From the NCBI GenBank assembly GCA_020184695.1, contig JAANOX010000179.1, positions 1 through 64,000 on the forward strand: DNA of 64,000 nucleotides. The letters are read 5' to 3'. The notes beneath the pieces were generated by a model. It was not told the DNA's origin and did no database searches. It saw nothing but the letters and a program-made list of their open reading frames with translations. Positions 30,116-40,616 of the stretch are shown here, one piece after another (position 1 is the stretch's first letter; every line of letters begins with the position of its first letter). Both the position numbers and the translations under genes were made by a program. Source of the stretch: Histomonas meleagridis 2922-C6/04-290x (lineage: Eukaryota; Protista; Parabasalia).

Positions 30116-33038
30116 TTACTTTAGACTTTTGTACTTTGAAAGTAAATCAGCATCCCAAACATAACCTTTCTCAGTTGCTATCATAAGAGCTGTTTTAAAT
30201 CGTTTCAATAATTTCCAAATTTTATTTTGAAAAGTAAAATGACTAAAATCAATATTAAGAAAAACAAATAATCATTTTTAGCATTGACATCAATTCCTTT
30301 TTGTTCAAGAAGCAATTTTATAGCATACGTGTTATCCTCTTCAGAGGCAATCATAAGTGCTGTTCTAATAAATAATGAAAGATTCCAAATTTGATTTTGA
30401 AATATAAAACTTATAAAATAAATCTTAAATAAAATTCATTAATATCTTTAGAATTTACATCAATTCCTTTTTGTTCAAGAAGTATCTTAAGCGTATCTCT
30501 GCAATTCTCAAATACTGCAAATATTAACGCTGTATAAAATATTTTAAATGATTTCCAAATATTATATTTAAATATAAAATTATAGGAAATAATATTAAAT
30601 AAATCATATGTATATCTTTAGCATTGATATCAATGCCTTTTTGTTTAAGAAGTAATTGAAGCATATCTGACCTTATGTGCCAAGCTACTTTCATAAGTGT
30701 TGTTCTAAATGTAATAGATGTTTTCCAAAAATTGTTTTAATATGCCAAATTCTAAAAACAAATATTATATAAAACAAATATATATCCCTAGCATTAATAT
30801 CAATTCCATCTTGTTCAAGAAGTAACTGAAATAAACTGATATTATTATCATAAATATCATTTGAAGATGCATACATAAGTGCTGTTTCAAATAATTTAAA
30901 TAATTTCCAAATAAAATATCAAAAATTGAAATAAATTATATAAATTTTAAAAAAATTATACAATTATCTTTAGCATTGATATCAATTCCTTCTTGTTTAA
31001 GAAGTAATTTAACCATTTCTGTATAACCATTATAAGATGCCCAAATAGGTGCTGTTTTAAATAATTTCAATAATTTTCAAATATTATTTTGAAATATCAA
31101 ATCATTAAAATAAACCCAAAATAAAACAAACAAATATCTTTAGCATTAATATCAATTCCTTCTTGTTCTAGAAGTAATTTAACTATTTCTGTACGACCAT
31201 AATAAGATGCCAAAATAAGTGCTGTATTAAATAATTTAAATAATTACCAAATATTATTTTAAAATTTGAAATTATTAAAATAAATATTAAATAAAACAAA
31301 TAAATTTTATCTTTAGCATTAATATCAATTCCTTCTTGTTTAAGAAGTAATTTAACCATTTCTGTATAACCATTATAAGATGCCCAAATAGGTGCTGTTT
31401 TAAATAATTTCAATAATTTTCAAATATTATTTTGAAATATCAAATCATTAAAATAAACCCAAAATAAAACAAACAAATATCTTTAGCATTAATATCAATT
31501 CCTTCTTGTTCTAGAAGTAATTTAACTATTTCTGTACGACCATAATAAGATGCCAAAATAAGTGCTGTTTCAAATAATTTAAATAATTTCCAAATATTAT
31601 TTTGGAATTTCAAATTATTAAAATAAATATCAAATAAAACAAATAAATATTTTTAGCATTAATATCAATTCCTTCTTGTTCAAGAAGTAATTGAACGATT
31701 TCTGTATGACCATTTTTAGACGCATATATAAGTGCTGTATTATATAATTTAAATAATTTCCAAATATTATTTTGAAATACAAAATTATTCATATAAAATT
31801 TTATATAAAATGAATATATACTTTGATTTACAATTTCATTACCATTTTTTAGAAGAAAAAATTTAACAATTTCAATATTTCCTTTTTCAGCGCATGAAAT
31901 AAATGGTGTTTCAAATATTTTTAATAATTTCGAAATAATATTTTAAAATTTTGAAAACCTAAATTCAACTTTTAATAAAATATATAATCATTTTTAATAT
32001 TTATATTTATTTCTTTTTTCTCATATAAAAAGTTAAATATTTCAAAGTTTGTGGGTTCTGTAACTAAAAAAATATAAAATTATTAATTCTTTCAGAAAAA
32101 AATTCAACAATTTTGTTTTCATAAAGATATTTAAATATATCATTTCTATGAAATTGGATTGCTGTTTCATATGCTTTTTGAAAAGATGAATGATTTTGTT
32201 CACATAAATGAATGATTTCTTCATTTCCACCTGCAATTGCATATTTACCTGTATTTTTAACATTTGCACCATTCATAAGTAAATATTTAAAACATTTAAT
32301 TGATCCAAAAAATGCTGCATAATCAATTAATGTAACATTCTTTTGATTAATAAACGAACATCTTTCATAAAGTGATGGTTCAATTATTTGATTAAAATCA
32401 AAATTTGTTTGTGATGATATTTCTTGAAATTTTTCGATTTCATCATTTCGAATTATTTTTGCAATTTCATTTGGATTAACTCCTTCGGCAACATATTTCT
32501 TATGTAATTCCCAATCATTCTTTGAAAGTTCTTTATAATTATTAAAGAAATAGTTCTCAAATGGAATTTCATGTCCTCTTTTTGGTTTATTCGGTATGTA
32601 ATGTGCGAAATAAAAAGTAAGTTTGTTTCTAACTGAACTCGATGAAATTATATTTAATTTAATCATTTTTTCTAAAAGAAAATTTGATTCTTGTGATTTT
32701 AATCCAAGAATATAATGTACAAACCTTTCAAATATTTTGTGATTTGTTGTTTCTTCAAATTCTTTTATAAATCTTAAATAAAGTTGATAATCTTGCATTT
32801 GTGTTAGAAAAGCAAAATATATAAGGCGACAAAGAGTTAGCATCGAGTAAGGTGAAAAGTCATCATGAATAAGATATTTAATTGATGTAATTGTTTGAGC
32901 AAAATTATCTTTGTTTAAATTATAAATAATTTCTTCTAGTTTCTGGATTGTTTTCATGTACTCGACACAAGATAAAAGTCTTGAAGATTTTTTTTTCTTT
33001 TTATTGTTTATTTTTTCTTTTCTACGATGATTTCTCAT
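30116..33038 (-). CDS. DUF3447 + ankyrin-repeat protein whose 11 ankyrin modules are separated by 80-nt frame-breaking spacers
   Basis: ATG at 33038; DUF3447-type motifs (LIDYAAFFGSIKCFKYL, YAIAGGNEEII). A T7 homopolymer frameshift near 32065 separates ORF 32064-33068 from LVTEPTNFEIFNFLYEKKEININIKN. TAL...GIDINAKD modules follow down to a stop at 30116-30118. Confidence 0.75.
30194..31989 (-). repeat. Ankyrin module/spacer array with about 170-bp period (90-nt coding module + 80-nt spacer)
   Basis: Spacers at 31989-31910, 31819-31739 (81), 31648-31569, 31478-31399, 31308-31226 (83), 31135-31056, 30965-30886, 30783-30704, 30613-30534, 30443-30364 and 30273-30194. Confidence 0.92.
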
Positions 33039-33592
33039 CCGATTTGTTTTCTGATTTTTTGTATTCAAAAGTACTTTTGAATCATCACTTGACTTCTTCC
33101 ACAGAATTTCACATCATGTACATTTTTTTGTTAAAAAAAATTCTTCTTCAATTGAATAAGTAAACTAATTTACAGCAATATTTTTTGTACAACGTTTTTT
33201 AATTTCACAGTTCGTATATAATTTCACCATCTCTGCACATCATGTTGAAAAAGTTTAGATATGAAACTGTTATCATCAAAAAGCATTATAAACTGTTTTC
33301 CACAGAAAAAGCTCATCGTCATTCGGAAATTTCTATCGTTTGTCTAACGATCATTGGTGCAAATAAGTTCAGAAAATCGAAATAAAAGCATATTTTGTGT
33401 TGGAAAAATTACAGCAAACAAAAATTGAGCTCGCACGTTTTTTTTTTCTGATTTTATAAGTCTGCGGCCCATTTTCTTGTACCTTAAATTGTAACAGTAT
33501 TGTTTATTACTTCTTTTTGTTCAACTCGTTGACATTTAAAAAATATTTTTTGATATCAAATTTATTTACTCAAATATAAAATTTAATATATT

Positions 33593-36500
33593 CTAAAAAT
33601 CAATTTGACTATAGTCTACGTCTTCTGGCCCATTATATCCCGGTATTCTACTATTTTCTTCTTCTAATCTTCTCATTTCTTGTTCTCTTTCTTCTACGAA
33701 CAAGTCTGGGTCTTCTCTCGAGTATTGTCTCATTTCTATCAACAAGTCTCTCATTGTTGCTCTAAATTCGATTGGCATATGTGCCAAAGCAGCCAATCTT
33801 GTGAACACCAACAAGTAAAATTGTAATTCTCTATTTTGGAATTGTTGATATATTACGTTTGCTATTCTTTCCGGGTTATTTTGTTCCACTCTTAATGTGA
33901 ACAATTTTTGGAACAGGTTCACTTGTTGTGTAAAAGCAAATTTATGTATAGTATCAGTCATGACAATAAAAGTTTTGATGAAAATTGAATCATAAAATGT
34001 TTCGAAAAAGTAATTTCTAAATTGTATATTAGAACAATTCTCGGCCATTTGTATAAAGATTAACATTAATTCGAGATAACTAATACATATATCTTGGTTA
34101 GGATGTGTACAGCCCCATTCGATTAATCCTTCGATGATTTGGATTTGTTCTGGTGTTAATGCCAATATTGATTGTGGACAATTTATTATAATTTGTTTAA
34201 GGAAATCAGAAATAGGAATACGAAACTCGATAAATTCATCAAAATCATTTCCGATCATTTGAACTGTAGGTAAGAAAATAGATATAATATAATCAGGTAC
34301 ATTAGGTGCCATTGCTTCTTTCACTTTCTCTGTGATTGTTGATACTAAATCGATAACTTGATGTACTCGACAATAAGGATTTGATTGTGGATATTCAATT
34401 AATATTGGAGTGATTGGTGGTAATATTTGGTTTTGGATCATTGCAATATTTTGTGAGTTTTTAATAAATGTTAAATAGATTTGAATAATCGTCGATTTGA
34501 TTTCTTTTATAATACGAAAAGTTTCATAACCTGGAGCTGGTTGTCCAATTGTTCGACACATTTCATTCAGTTGTTTCGAACATTTATCATATAACTCTAA
34601 CGTTTGTTGGAATATTAATTGTAATTGTAATTGATATGATGATTGAATATTTGCAGCAACTACATAATTACACCTAAGTATAAATAAAATGTTTCGTAAA
34701 AGCATATTATTTTGTGGATTAAATTGTTGAAGTTGTTGAACCCAACGTTCATTCATTCGTTCCATTAACATTCGTGTATGAAGAACTTTTTGTTCTTCAT
34801 TTTTATCACTTGCAATTATGATTGCCATAGAATCATAAATAGTTACCATGTTAGACAATGATAAATTACTTATCATTCCATCAAGCTTATTTAAGATTGA
34901 TTGAAGATAAAATTCATTTTCACCAGTATGATAAAAGATAAATGATTTCGAACATTTTTGTGCTATTTTCCGAAATGAATTTACAGCCATTTCTTGAATA
35001 CCTTCAAAATTAAAGTTCATGAATTGGAATAACTTTTCAACAATTATCTTCATAATGTTCCAATGCTCACTTAAAAATCGTGGATATTGTGAACATACAA
35101 ACATAATACATGATGAAATAATTGCTTGTTCATCAGGATTTGTACGTTGAGTCATAAATGCTAACAAAGGCTTAAGGACTTCTAATACAAATCGCTCTTC
35201 TTCTTTAGGTGGTAATGTACCTGATATAGCACCAGCACTCCAACACATTGTATTTAATATAGAAATATTCCATTCCTTTTCTAACAATGGAATTCGTTCT
35301 AGAATAGCATTAATAGTATCAATATGATCAATGTTAGCTAAATAAACAAGTGTCTTACGCATAGTATTATATAATGCTAATGTTATTGTGTTACGTGTTT
35401 CTTCTTTAGATACAGAACCATCTTCATTCTCAACAATAAGAATTTCATTCGGTCGTTCCATACGTGCTACAAGAATACGTCGAACAATTGGAAAGAAACC
35501 ATTATAAAACATAATGACATTTCCTGGTTTTTCAGTATATATACGTCGTGAAATATGTTCCCATAAGTCACATATAGTTAAAAAGTTATCAAGATCAACA
35601 CCTTTCATTAATTCAACTATCCAACTTAATGATAATTTAAGTTGTTCAAATTGTCCAGACGATTCTATTATTGGCGCATATTGGGATATAAATGCAGAAA
35701 GTGTAAACACAAACGTTTTCGTATATAATGAGTTTTGTAATGCTAATTGGATAAAATCAGTGTTTGGATTGGATAAGGAACTAACAACAGCTGAAAAAAT
35801 CGCAGGAAATATTCCAACATATTGATCTGGGACTTTTGGTAATGATGCTACTTCGCCAAAAAATGATAAAACTTGTACTTGAAATTGTGGTATAGGTAAA
35901 AAATTGGTACAAAGTGCTTTGGGTAACTCTGTCTCGAAAATAAAATGTGGGTCAAGCCATCGAACTATAGATTTAAGAGTGGTTAAACATTCACAAATGA
36001 TATCAACATCTTGGGTGCCCTGGAGAACGTTATCTATAAGTTGGAAAATCATTGGAGAAATCTGAGTAAGGGCTGATGATACTTGAGAAATACGGGTGGA
36101 TGTAAGGTTGCTTTCACCAAAATCAATGATTTGTTCAGAAATGAAGGTGATGATTTTTAGATTGTTTTTGCATACACTTGGTGTGGTACTAATTGCTGCA
36201 TTAAGAAGATCACCCATAACCGAAGGCCATCGTTGAGGCCATTCTCTAACAATGATTAAGACTAAAACCATATCAGCTTCAGAAAGGACAGCTTGATTAA
36301 ATGATTCATCACCGGCCCAAGAACAAACATGCATAATAATAAAGTTTTTTATACTTTCACGAATTTCTGGATTAACAAGTTCCCATTTTGTTGATACTAA
36401 ATCACGTAAAATTTTAGCTGCAAAAAATTTTAAATGAGATGAACTACTTGTGTCAAGGATCTTTGGTGTAAATTCCCATGCATCTTCTCTTTGACAAAAT

Positions 36501-36631
36501 GATAATATCTGATTATTAGCTTCCTGTACTTGAATTGGTGAATATCTTTGAGAATCATCAAGTATTTTACATATATCATCAAGTTTATTTATATCAATTG
36601 GTGTACCTGCAACCCCAATCTGAGAATCCAT
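33593..36631 (-). CDS. XPO1: Exportin-1 (CRM1)
   Basis: FCQREDAW (importin-N), MERPNEILIVENEDG, MCWSAGAISG, KLFQFMNFNFEGIQEMAVNSFRKIAQKC. ATG at 36631. Confidence 0.92.
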   Translation of the reverse strand: MDSQIGVAGTPIDINKLDDICKILDDSQRYSPIQVQEANNQILSFCQREDAWEFTPKILDTSSSSHLKFFAAKILRDLVSTKWELVNPEIRESIKNFIIMHVCSWAGDESFNQAVLSEADMVLVLIIVREWPQRWPSVMGDLLNAAISTTPSVCKNNLKIITFISEQIIDFGESNLTSTRISQVSSALTQISPMIFQLIDNVLQGTQDVDIICECLTTLKSIVRWLDPHFIFETELPKALCTNFLPIPQFQVQVLSFFGEVASLPKVPDQYVGIFPAIFSAVVSSLSNPNTDFIQLALQNSLYTKTFVFTLSAFISQYAPIIESSGQFEQLKLSLSWIVELMKGVDLDNFLTICDLWEHISRRIYTEKPGNVIMFYNGFFPIVRRILVARMERPNEILIVENEDGSVSKEETRNTITLALYNTMRKTLVYLANIDHIDTINAILERIPLLEKEWNISILNTMCWSAGAISGTLPPKEEERFVLEVLKPLLAFMTQRTNPDEQAIISSCIMFVCSQYPRFLSEHWNIMKIIVEKLFQFMNFNFEGIQEMAVNSFRKIAQKCSKSFIFYHTGENEFYLQSILNKLDGMISNLSLSNMVTIYDSMAIIIASDKNEEQKVLHTRMLMERMNERWVQQLQQFNPQNNMLLRNILFILRCNYVVAANIQSSYQLQLQLIFQQTLELYDKCSKQLNEMCRTIGQPAPGYETFRIIKEIKSTIIQIYLTFIKNSQNIAMIQNQILPPITPILIEYPQSNPYCRVHQVIDLVSTITEKVKEAMAPNVPDYIISIFLPTVQMIGNDFDEFIEFRIPISDFLKQIIINCPQSILALTPEQIQIIEGLIEWGCTHPNQDICISYLELMLIFIQMAENCSNIQFRNYFFETFYDSIFIKTFIVMTDTIHKFAFTQQVNLFQKLFTLRVEQNNPERIANVIYQQFQNRELQFYLLVFTRLAALAHMPIEFRATMRDLLIEMRQYSREDPDLFVEEREQEMRRLEEENSRIPGYNGPEDVDYSQIDF

Positions 36632-36874
36632 AATTTTTGGATTGGGACATCCCAATCACATTCAATTTTTGTACGACCAATAATAAACAAAAAGTGTCAA
36701 AGAATTATCCCAAACACCAAAAAAAGAGTTTTAATAAGTCTTTCCATTCTAAAATAAATTTTAAAATAACAACCAAACCAAAAATTCAAATTAGTTATGA
36801 GTTACAATATATTTTGATTAATCAAAATTTATTGCTAATATAAAATTCAAATTAAACCAACCAAACCAGTTTAT

Positions 36875-37309
36875 TTAAAATTGAAGAGGCTTGAACAACC
36901 ATGGCATCTTGCCATTGAGATACTTTTGACGGAAAACCTTGGAAAGATTTTGAAGTTCAGCTTTCTTTTGTTCAGTGTCTTCCATGGACTTGATAACTTG
37001 ATCTGGTTTAACTTTGTTCCAGAAATCTTCGTCTTTCAACATATGACGTGTAAGAAGAAGATGATTAAAGTTAACAGTCTTGACGAAGACTTTGACTTGG
37101 GTACGCTTAACAAGGGTCTTTTGTGGCATATCCTTTGTAAGTTTCTTTGGTGACTTTTGGATACCTAAAACAACTGCATGTGGATACTTGCGTGCTTCGG
37201 TTGGTTCTGGATATGCTTGTAAAACAATGGCCTTCTTTCCGGCATGACGGCCATTAAGAAGGATAACAAAACGACCTGGTTGAAGAAGTGTCTTGTTTGG
37301 TGCTGACAT
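36875..37309 (-). CDS. RPL27: 60S ribosomal protein L27e
   Basis: LQPGRFVILLNGRHAGKKAIV, PHAVVLGI, KVFVKTVNFNHLLLTR and WLFKPLQF. ATG at 37309. Confidence 0.96.
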   Translation of the reverse strand: MSAPNKTLLQPGRFVILLNGRHAGKKAIVLQAYPEPTEARKYPHAVVLGIQKSPKKLTKDMPQKTLVKRTQVKVFVKTVNFNHLLLTRHMLKDEDFWNKVKPDQVIKSMEDTEQKKAELQNLSKVFRQKYLNGKMPWLFKPLQF

Positions 37310-37314
37310 TTTCG

Positions 37315-37335
37315 AAAAGGATGACCACAACCGCC
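37315..37335 (-). promoter_or_regulatory. Core promoter of RPL27: GGCGGTT (M3-like), TCA (Inr-like) and CCTTTT (M5-like)
   Basis: Minus strand reads GGCGGTTGTGGTCATCCTTTTCGAAAATG, matching known trichomonad core promoter motif types. Confidence 0.5.
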
Positions 37336-37861
37336 TAATCCTTTATCGTTAACATAAAAAGTTGAATTTGAAAAGATTATTATTTTGAATTAATATCTGT
37401 TCGGCCAATATTTTTTTGTGAATTCAACTTAAGATCACCACTTATTTTCCTCACTCTATATAACTATTCAAGTATGGTAAATTATTTCTTTATTTTTTTG
37501 GAAGGTTTTGATATAAAAGCTGATCATTTTTTTTTTTCTTATTAATATTTATCAAAATAATAGATAATTTAATATCACTTGGTGTTTACCTTGTAAAACG
37601 CCCTTTTTGAAATATTTTTTGAGATTAAGTTAATGGTAATTTTTATTTGGTAGAGAAACTTGAAGGTGATTACAGTTCCCGCGGTAACACCGACATTTTG
37701 TATAGTTTATCAATTTTTATGGGGTTTTTGTGTAATGTTCATAGCCGCTAAGAAAATTTGGCCTTATTTTTACTAAAACCGTCTATTGATCACAATTTTC
37801 ATAAGGGTTTTTGAGATAACATACCAGAAAAAGTTACCTGAATCAAAATCCCAAAAAAAAC

Positions 37862-38482
37862 ATGTCAAAGAACAAACAAAATCCTCCTGCACCTCCTACT
37901 AATGATAACATTAAAATCTACTTCATGGGGACAGGGAAATCTCAAACAATTGGAGTGATTTCATATGCTATTCAAGGGAAAGTACAAAGTGGATTTATTT
38001 CTTGGAAAGAAGAAGATTGTAAAAAAGCGTATGATATCAAGGGCCAAAGGAAAATAGTTTCCTTATTGGATGGTAGTGATATGGAAGGCCCTGAAGCAAT
38101 GTCTGAAATGATAAATGAAGCTAAAGGATTTGTATTTATTTATACAACACGTGACCTTGATAAGTCTCTTAATTTTATTGAAACAAAGCACCAACAACTT
38201 GTTGAAGCAAATCATGGAAATCCAATTCGTTGCATTGTTCTTGCAAATCATTCTGATGAAAATATGCAATCTAATATCAACGCTCCAGGTGAAGATTTAG
38301 CTAATCAGTGGGGTGGTACATATTTCCCAATTTCAATCAGAACTGGGAAAAACATTCAGGAATCCGTCACTTTCATCATTGAACAAATTGTTACTGAAGA
38401 AATCAAAAAACGTGAAGCAGAAATGCCTAAGGAAGATTCTGAAAATGATGCTGCTAAAGGTGGTTGCTGCATTATTCAATAA
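37862..38482 (+). CDS. Ras-superfamily-like protein with degenerate G motifs and C-terminal GGCCIIQ prenylation signal
   Basis: Small-GTPase size and beta/alpha pattern (KIYFMG..., IVSLLDGSD, KGFVFIYT, CIVLANHSD, YFPISIRTGKNIQE), plus a CAAX motif. Confidence 0.75.
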   Translation: MSKNKQNPPAPPTNDNIKIYFMGTGKSQTIGVISYAIQGKVQSGFISWKEEDCKKAYDIKGQRKIVSLLDGSDMEGPEAMSEMINEAKGFVFIYTTRDLDKSLNFIETKHQQLVEANHGNPIRCIVLANHSDENMQSNINAPGEDLANQWGGTYFPISIRTGKNIQESVTFIIEQIVTEEIKKREAEMPKEDSENDAAKGGCCIIQ

Positions 38483-38735
38483 TTCCTTTCCACAAATTGT
38501 TTAAACACTCAATTTACTTCTGAATTTCGTATAATTTTTTTGATAAATAAATCAAATCTACAATTTGAGATTAATCGGAAATCATTGTTTTATGAAAATA
38601 GAAAATTAAAATAAATTTCTTTAACTTACGAAATGATTAATCATCTTTAAAAACAATGCAAAATTTTAAAAATAAAATTTAAATTTTATGTTCGCAAAAC
38701 GGTGTACCTGGAAAATGTTTTTTTGAGTTATTCTT

Positions 38736-39134
38736 TTATCCTTGTATTTCAAACACTTTATTTTTTTGTTGGAGCCGGAAATTCTTTTCTTCTTGAAGAG
38801 CTTTTTTCTTTTGACTAACAGTCATCGAAGCAGCTTTCTTCAACCTTTCTTTTCTTGCTTGGCTTCTCGCGAAACGTTCTTGTCTTCTCTCCTGTTTAAT
38901 TTTTTCAAGTTCTTCTTGTCTCTGATTTATTTTATTGGCTTTTTGCTGAGAAATTTCTTCTTTGCGCTGACGTATTTGCGCAGCTTCTCGATTGCATTGT
39001 AATAGCATTTCTATCGAATCAGCATATTGTCTATCTGAACTTGATTTTCCAACACGAAGATTTTTCTTTTTTTTTTTTGTCACTTGTTGTTCTGTGTTAA
39101 TTTCTTCATTCTTATTTATATGATTTTTACTCAT
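38736..39134 (-). CDS. Basic coiled-coil hypothetical protein (132 aa)
   Basis: K/E/Q/R-rich ORF with ATG at 39134. No family recognised. Confidence 0.65.
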   Translation of the reverse strand: MSKNHINKNEEINTEQQVTKKKKKNLRVGKSSSDRQYADSIEMLLQCNREAAQIRQRKEEISQQKANKINQRQEELEKIKQERRQERFARSQARKERLKKAASMTVSQKKKALQEEKNFRLQQKNKVFEIQG

Positions 39135-39205
39135 TTTAATCAATTAATTCCGACCATGAGTTAAACGGTCACAAAAATTGTTTATTATGAAATTTAAAAT
39201 GAAAT

Positions 39206-40015
39206 TTATCCCTTTAAAACGTATGTTGCTTGGTTTGTAACAGCTACCATTGAGACATCCTCAAGTATACAAATCGGATTATTAGTCGATTTATCATTTC
39301 TAGTTCCTAATTGACCGGATGGATTAAATCCCCAAGTGTATAACTTCTTATTTCGGCCAATGGCTGCATTGTGTTGCTCTCCAACAGAAACACTCTCAAT
39401 TGGCGGGAGACCATAAACACGTATAAATTTGTTATTGTAAAAATTATAAAGTAGTCCATCTGAATCAATAAAGTATGCATCAGTCTCCGAACAGGAAATT
39501 GATACTATTTTTTTATCAAAGTCGATTCTTTTGAGATCAAAATCTTGAACCTCGAAAAGTCCATCATTTGTGGATACAAAAACATTTTCTTCTGTAGCTC
39601 CAACACACTTGCAATTTTCTGCTAATTTAATTGCAGAATCTTCAACAATTAGATAGCACGACTTATCAAAAGTTATAGCAAATAAGCGATTCGACGAACC
39701 TACTATTGTCCTAACAAGGCCATTTATTTCTACATTAACTTGCTCATTAGGAATTAAATTATAAATGATTCCATTGACATCAACAACATATGGATTTCTT
39801 TGATAAAAAGCCATGCACCTTAGCTGCTCTGGAAAATTTTTAATCGACCCATTGAGTAAAATTGATTTCTTTAGAAGAACAGCAAAATTTACTTGATCAG
39901 AACAAAGCTGAATAATTGGTGGCTCAAAATTAGGGCATTGCAAGGACCTAAAAAATAAAGATCTATTTGGTTCTTCGCTTTCATCAAAGTTGCTTTCTCC
40001 AGAAAAAAGTAGCAT
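39206..40015 (-). CDS. RCC1-repeat-like beta-propeller protein
   Basis: IESVSVGEQHNAAIGRNKKLYTWGFNPSGQLG is a clear RCC1 repeat. The remainder is divergent beta-rich sequence. Confidence 0.8.
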   Translation of the reverse strand: MLLFSGESNFDESEEPNRSLFFRSLQCPNFEPPIIQLCSDQVNFAVLLKKSILLNGSIKNFPEQLRCMAFYQRNPYVVDVNGIIYNLIPNEQVNVEINGLVRTIVGSSNRLFAITFDKSCYLIVEDSAIKLAENCKCVGATEENVFVSTNDGLFEVQDFDLKRIDFDKKIVSISCSETDAYFIDSDGLLYNFYNNKFIRVYGLPPIESVSVGEQHNAAIGRNKKLYTWGFNPSGQLGTRNDKSTNNPICILEDVSMVAVTNQATYVLKG

Positions 40016-40616
40016 ATGAGAATGTCAGTAAAATAGGGTGTCCCATTTTGGCGGTTTTAATATTAAACGGTCTCTTTGTTTTAAAGTTGAATAACCGTTA
40101 TGACTTTTGATATCAAAAAAAAATATTTTTTTTTTAACTTTATATTGAAACAATGATGGATTCCCATATCATTTCAATAAATCTAGAAAATGATATGATA
40201 TTATTGAAAAAAATCTAAATCATTTAGTTACATCTTTGTTTTGAAAGTTCAAATTTTCATTCCTCCTTGTTATTTCCAGGTTGCTATATTCTTGTTTCTT
40301 ACCACACAATCAAAACATTAATATATATTTTGAATATTTGAAACTTCTTGATCAAAAAGAAGAAATAAATAAGAAACCAAGAAATCCTCATCAATTAATT
40401 TAAGATTTTTTAAATGTATGAATTCTCTAATAACACAAGATTCGGAATATATCCATGAGAAAACATACTTGGATTTGCAATTATCCAATCAAACGTTATT
40501 CAGAAATATAGGAAAACATTATATTTTGTCCATTGTTTTTTAAACAGATGATTACCATTATTCCCATAGCCTGCCCATTTGAAAAATATTACATTAATAA
40601 TTAAGATTCCAATATA

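Noticed and set aside
30194-31989. Repeat-spacer array read as a CRISPR
   Set aside because: The conserved parts are 90-nt ankyrin-coding modules, the spacers are homologous to one another, there are no cas genes, and the context is eukaryotic.
30886-31989. Simple programmed -1 frameshift through the spacers
   Set aside because: Possible in some spacers, but in four the incoming-frame stop precedes an outgoing-frame stop.
30194-31989. Spacer frame offset as systematic sequencing error
   Set aside because: Random homopolymer errors would not give exactly 80 nt in 11 of 13 divergent spacers while leaving the modules in frame, and several spacers have stops in both relevant frames. The single 81-nt spacer could be such an error.
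32064-32072. T7 run frameshift joining DUF3447 to the ankyrin region as a programmed event
   Set aside because: One extra T restores the frame. It cannot be distinguished from homopolymer error without reads.
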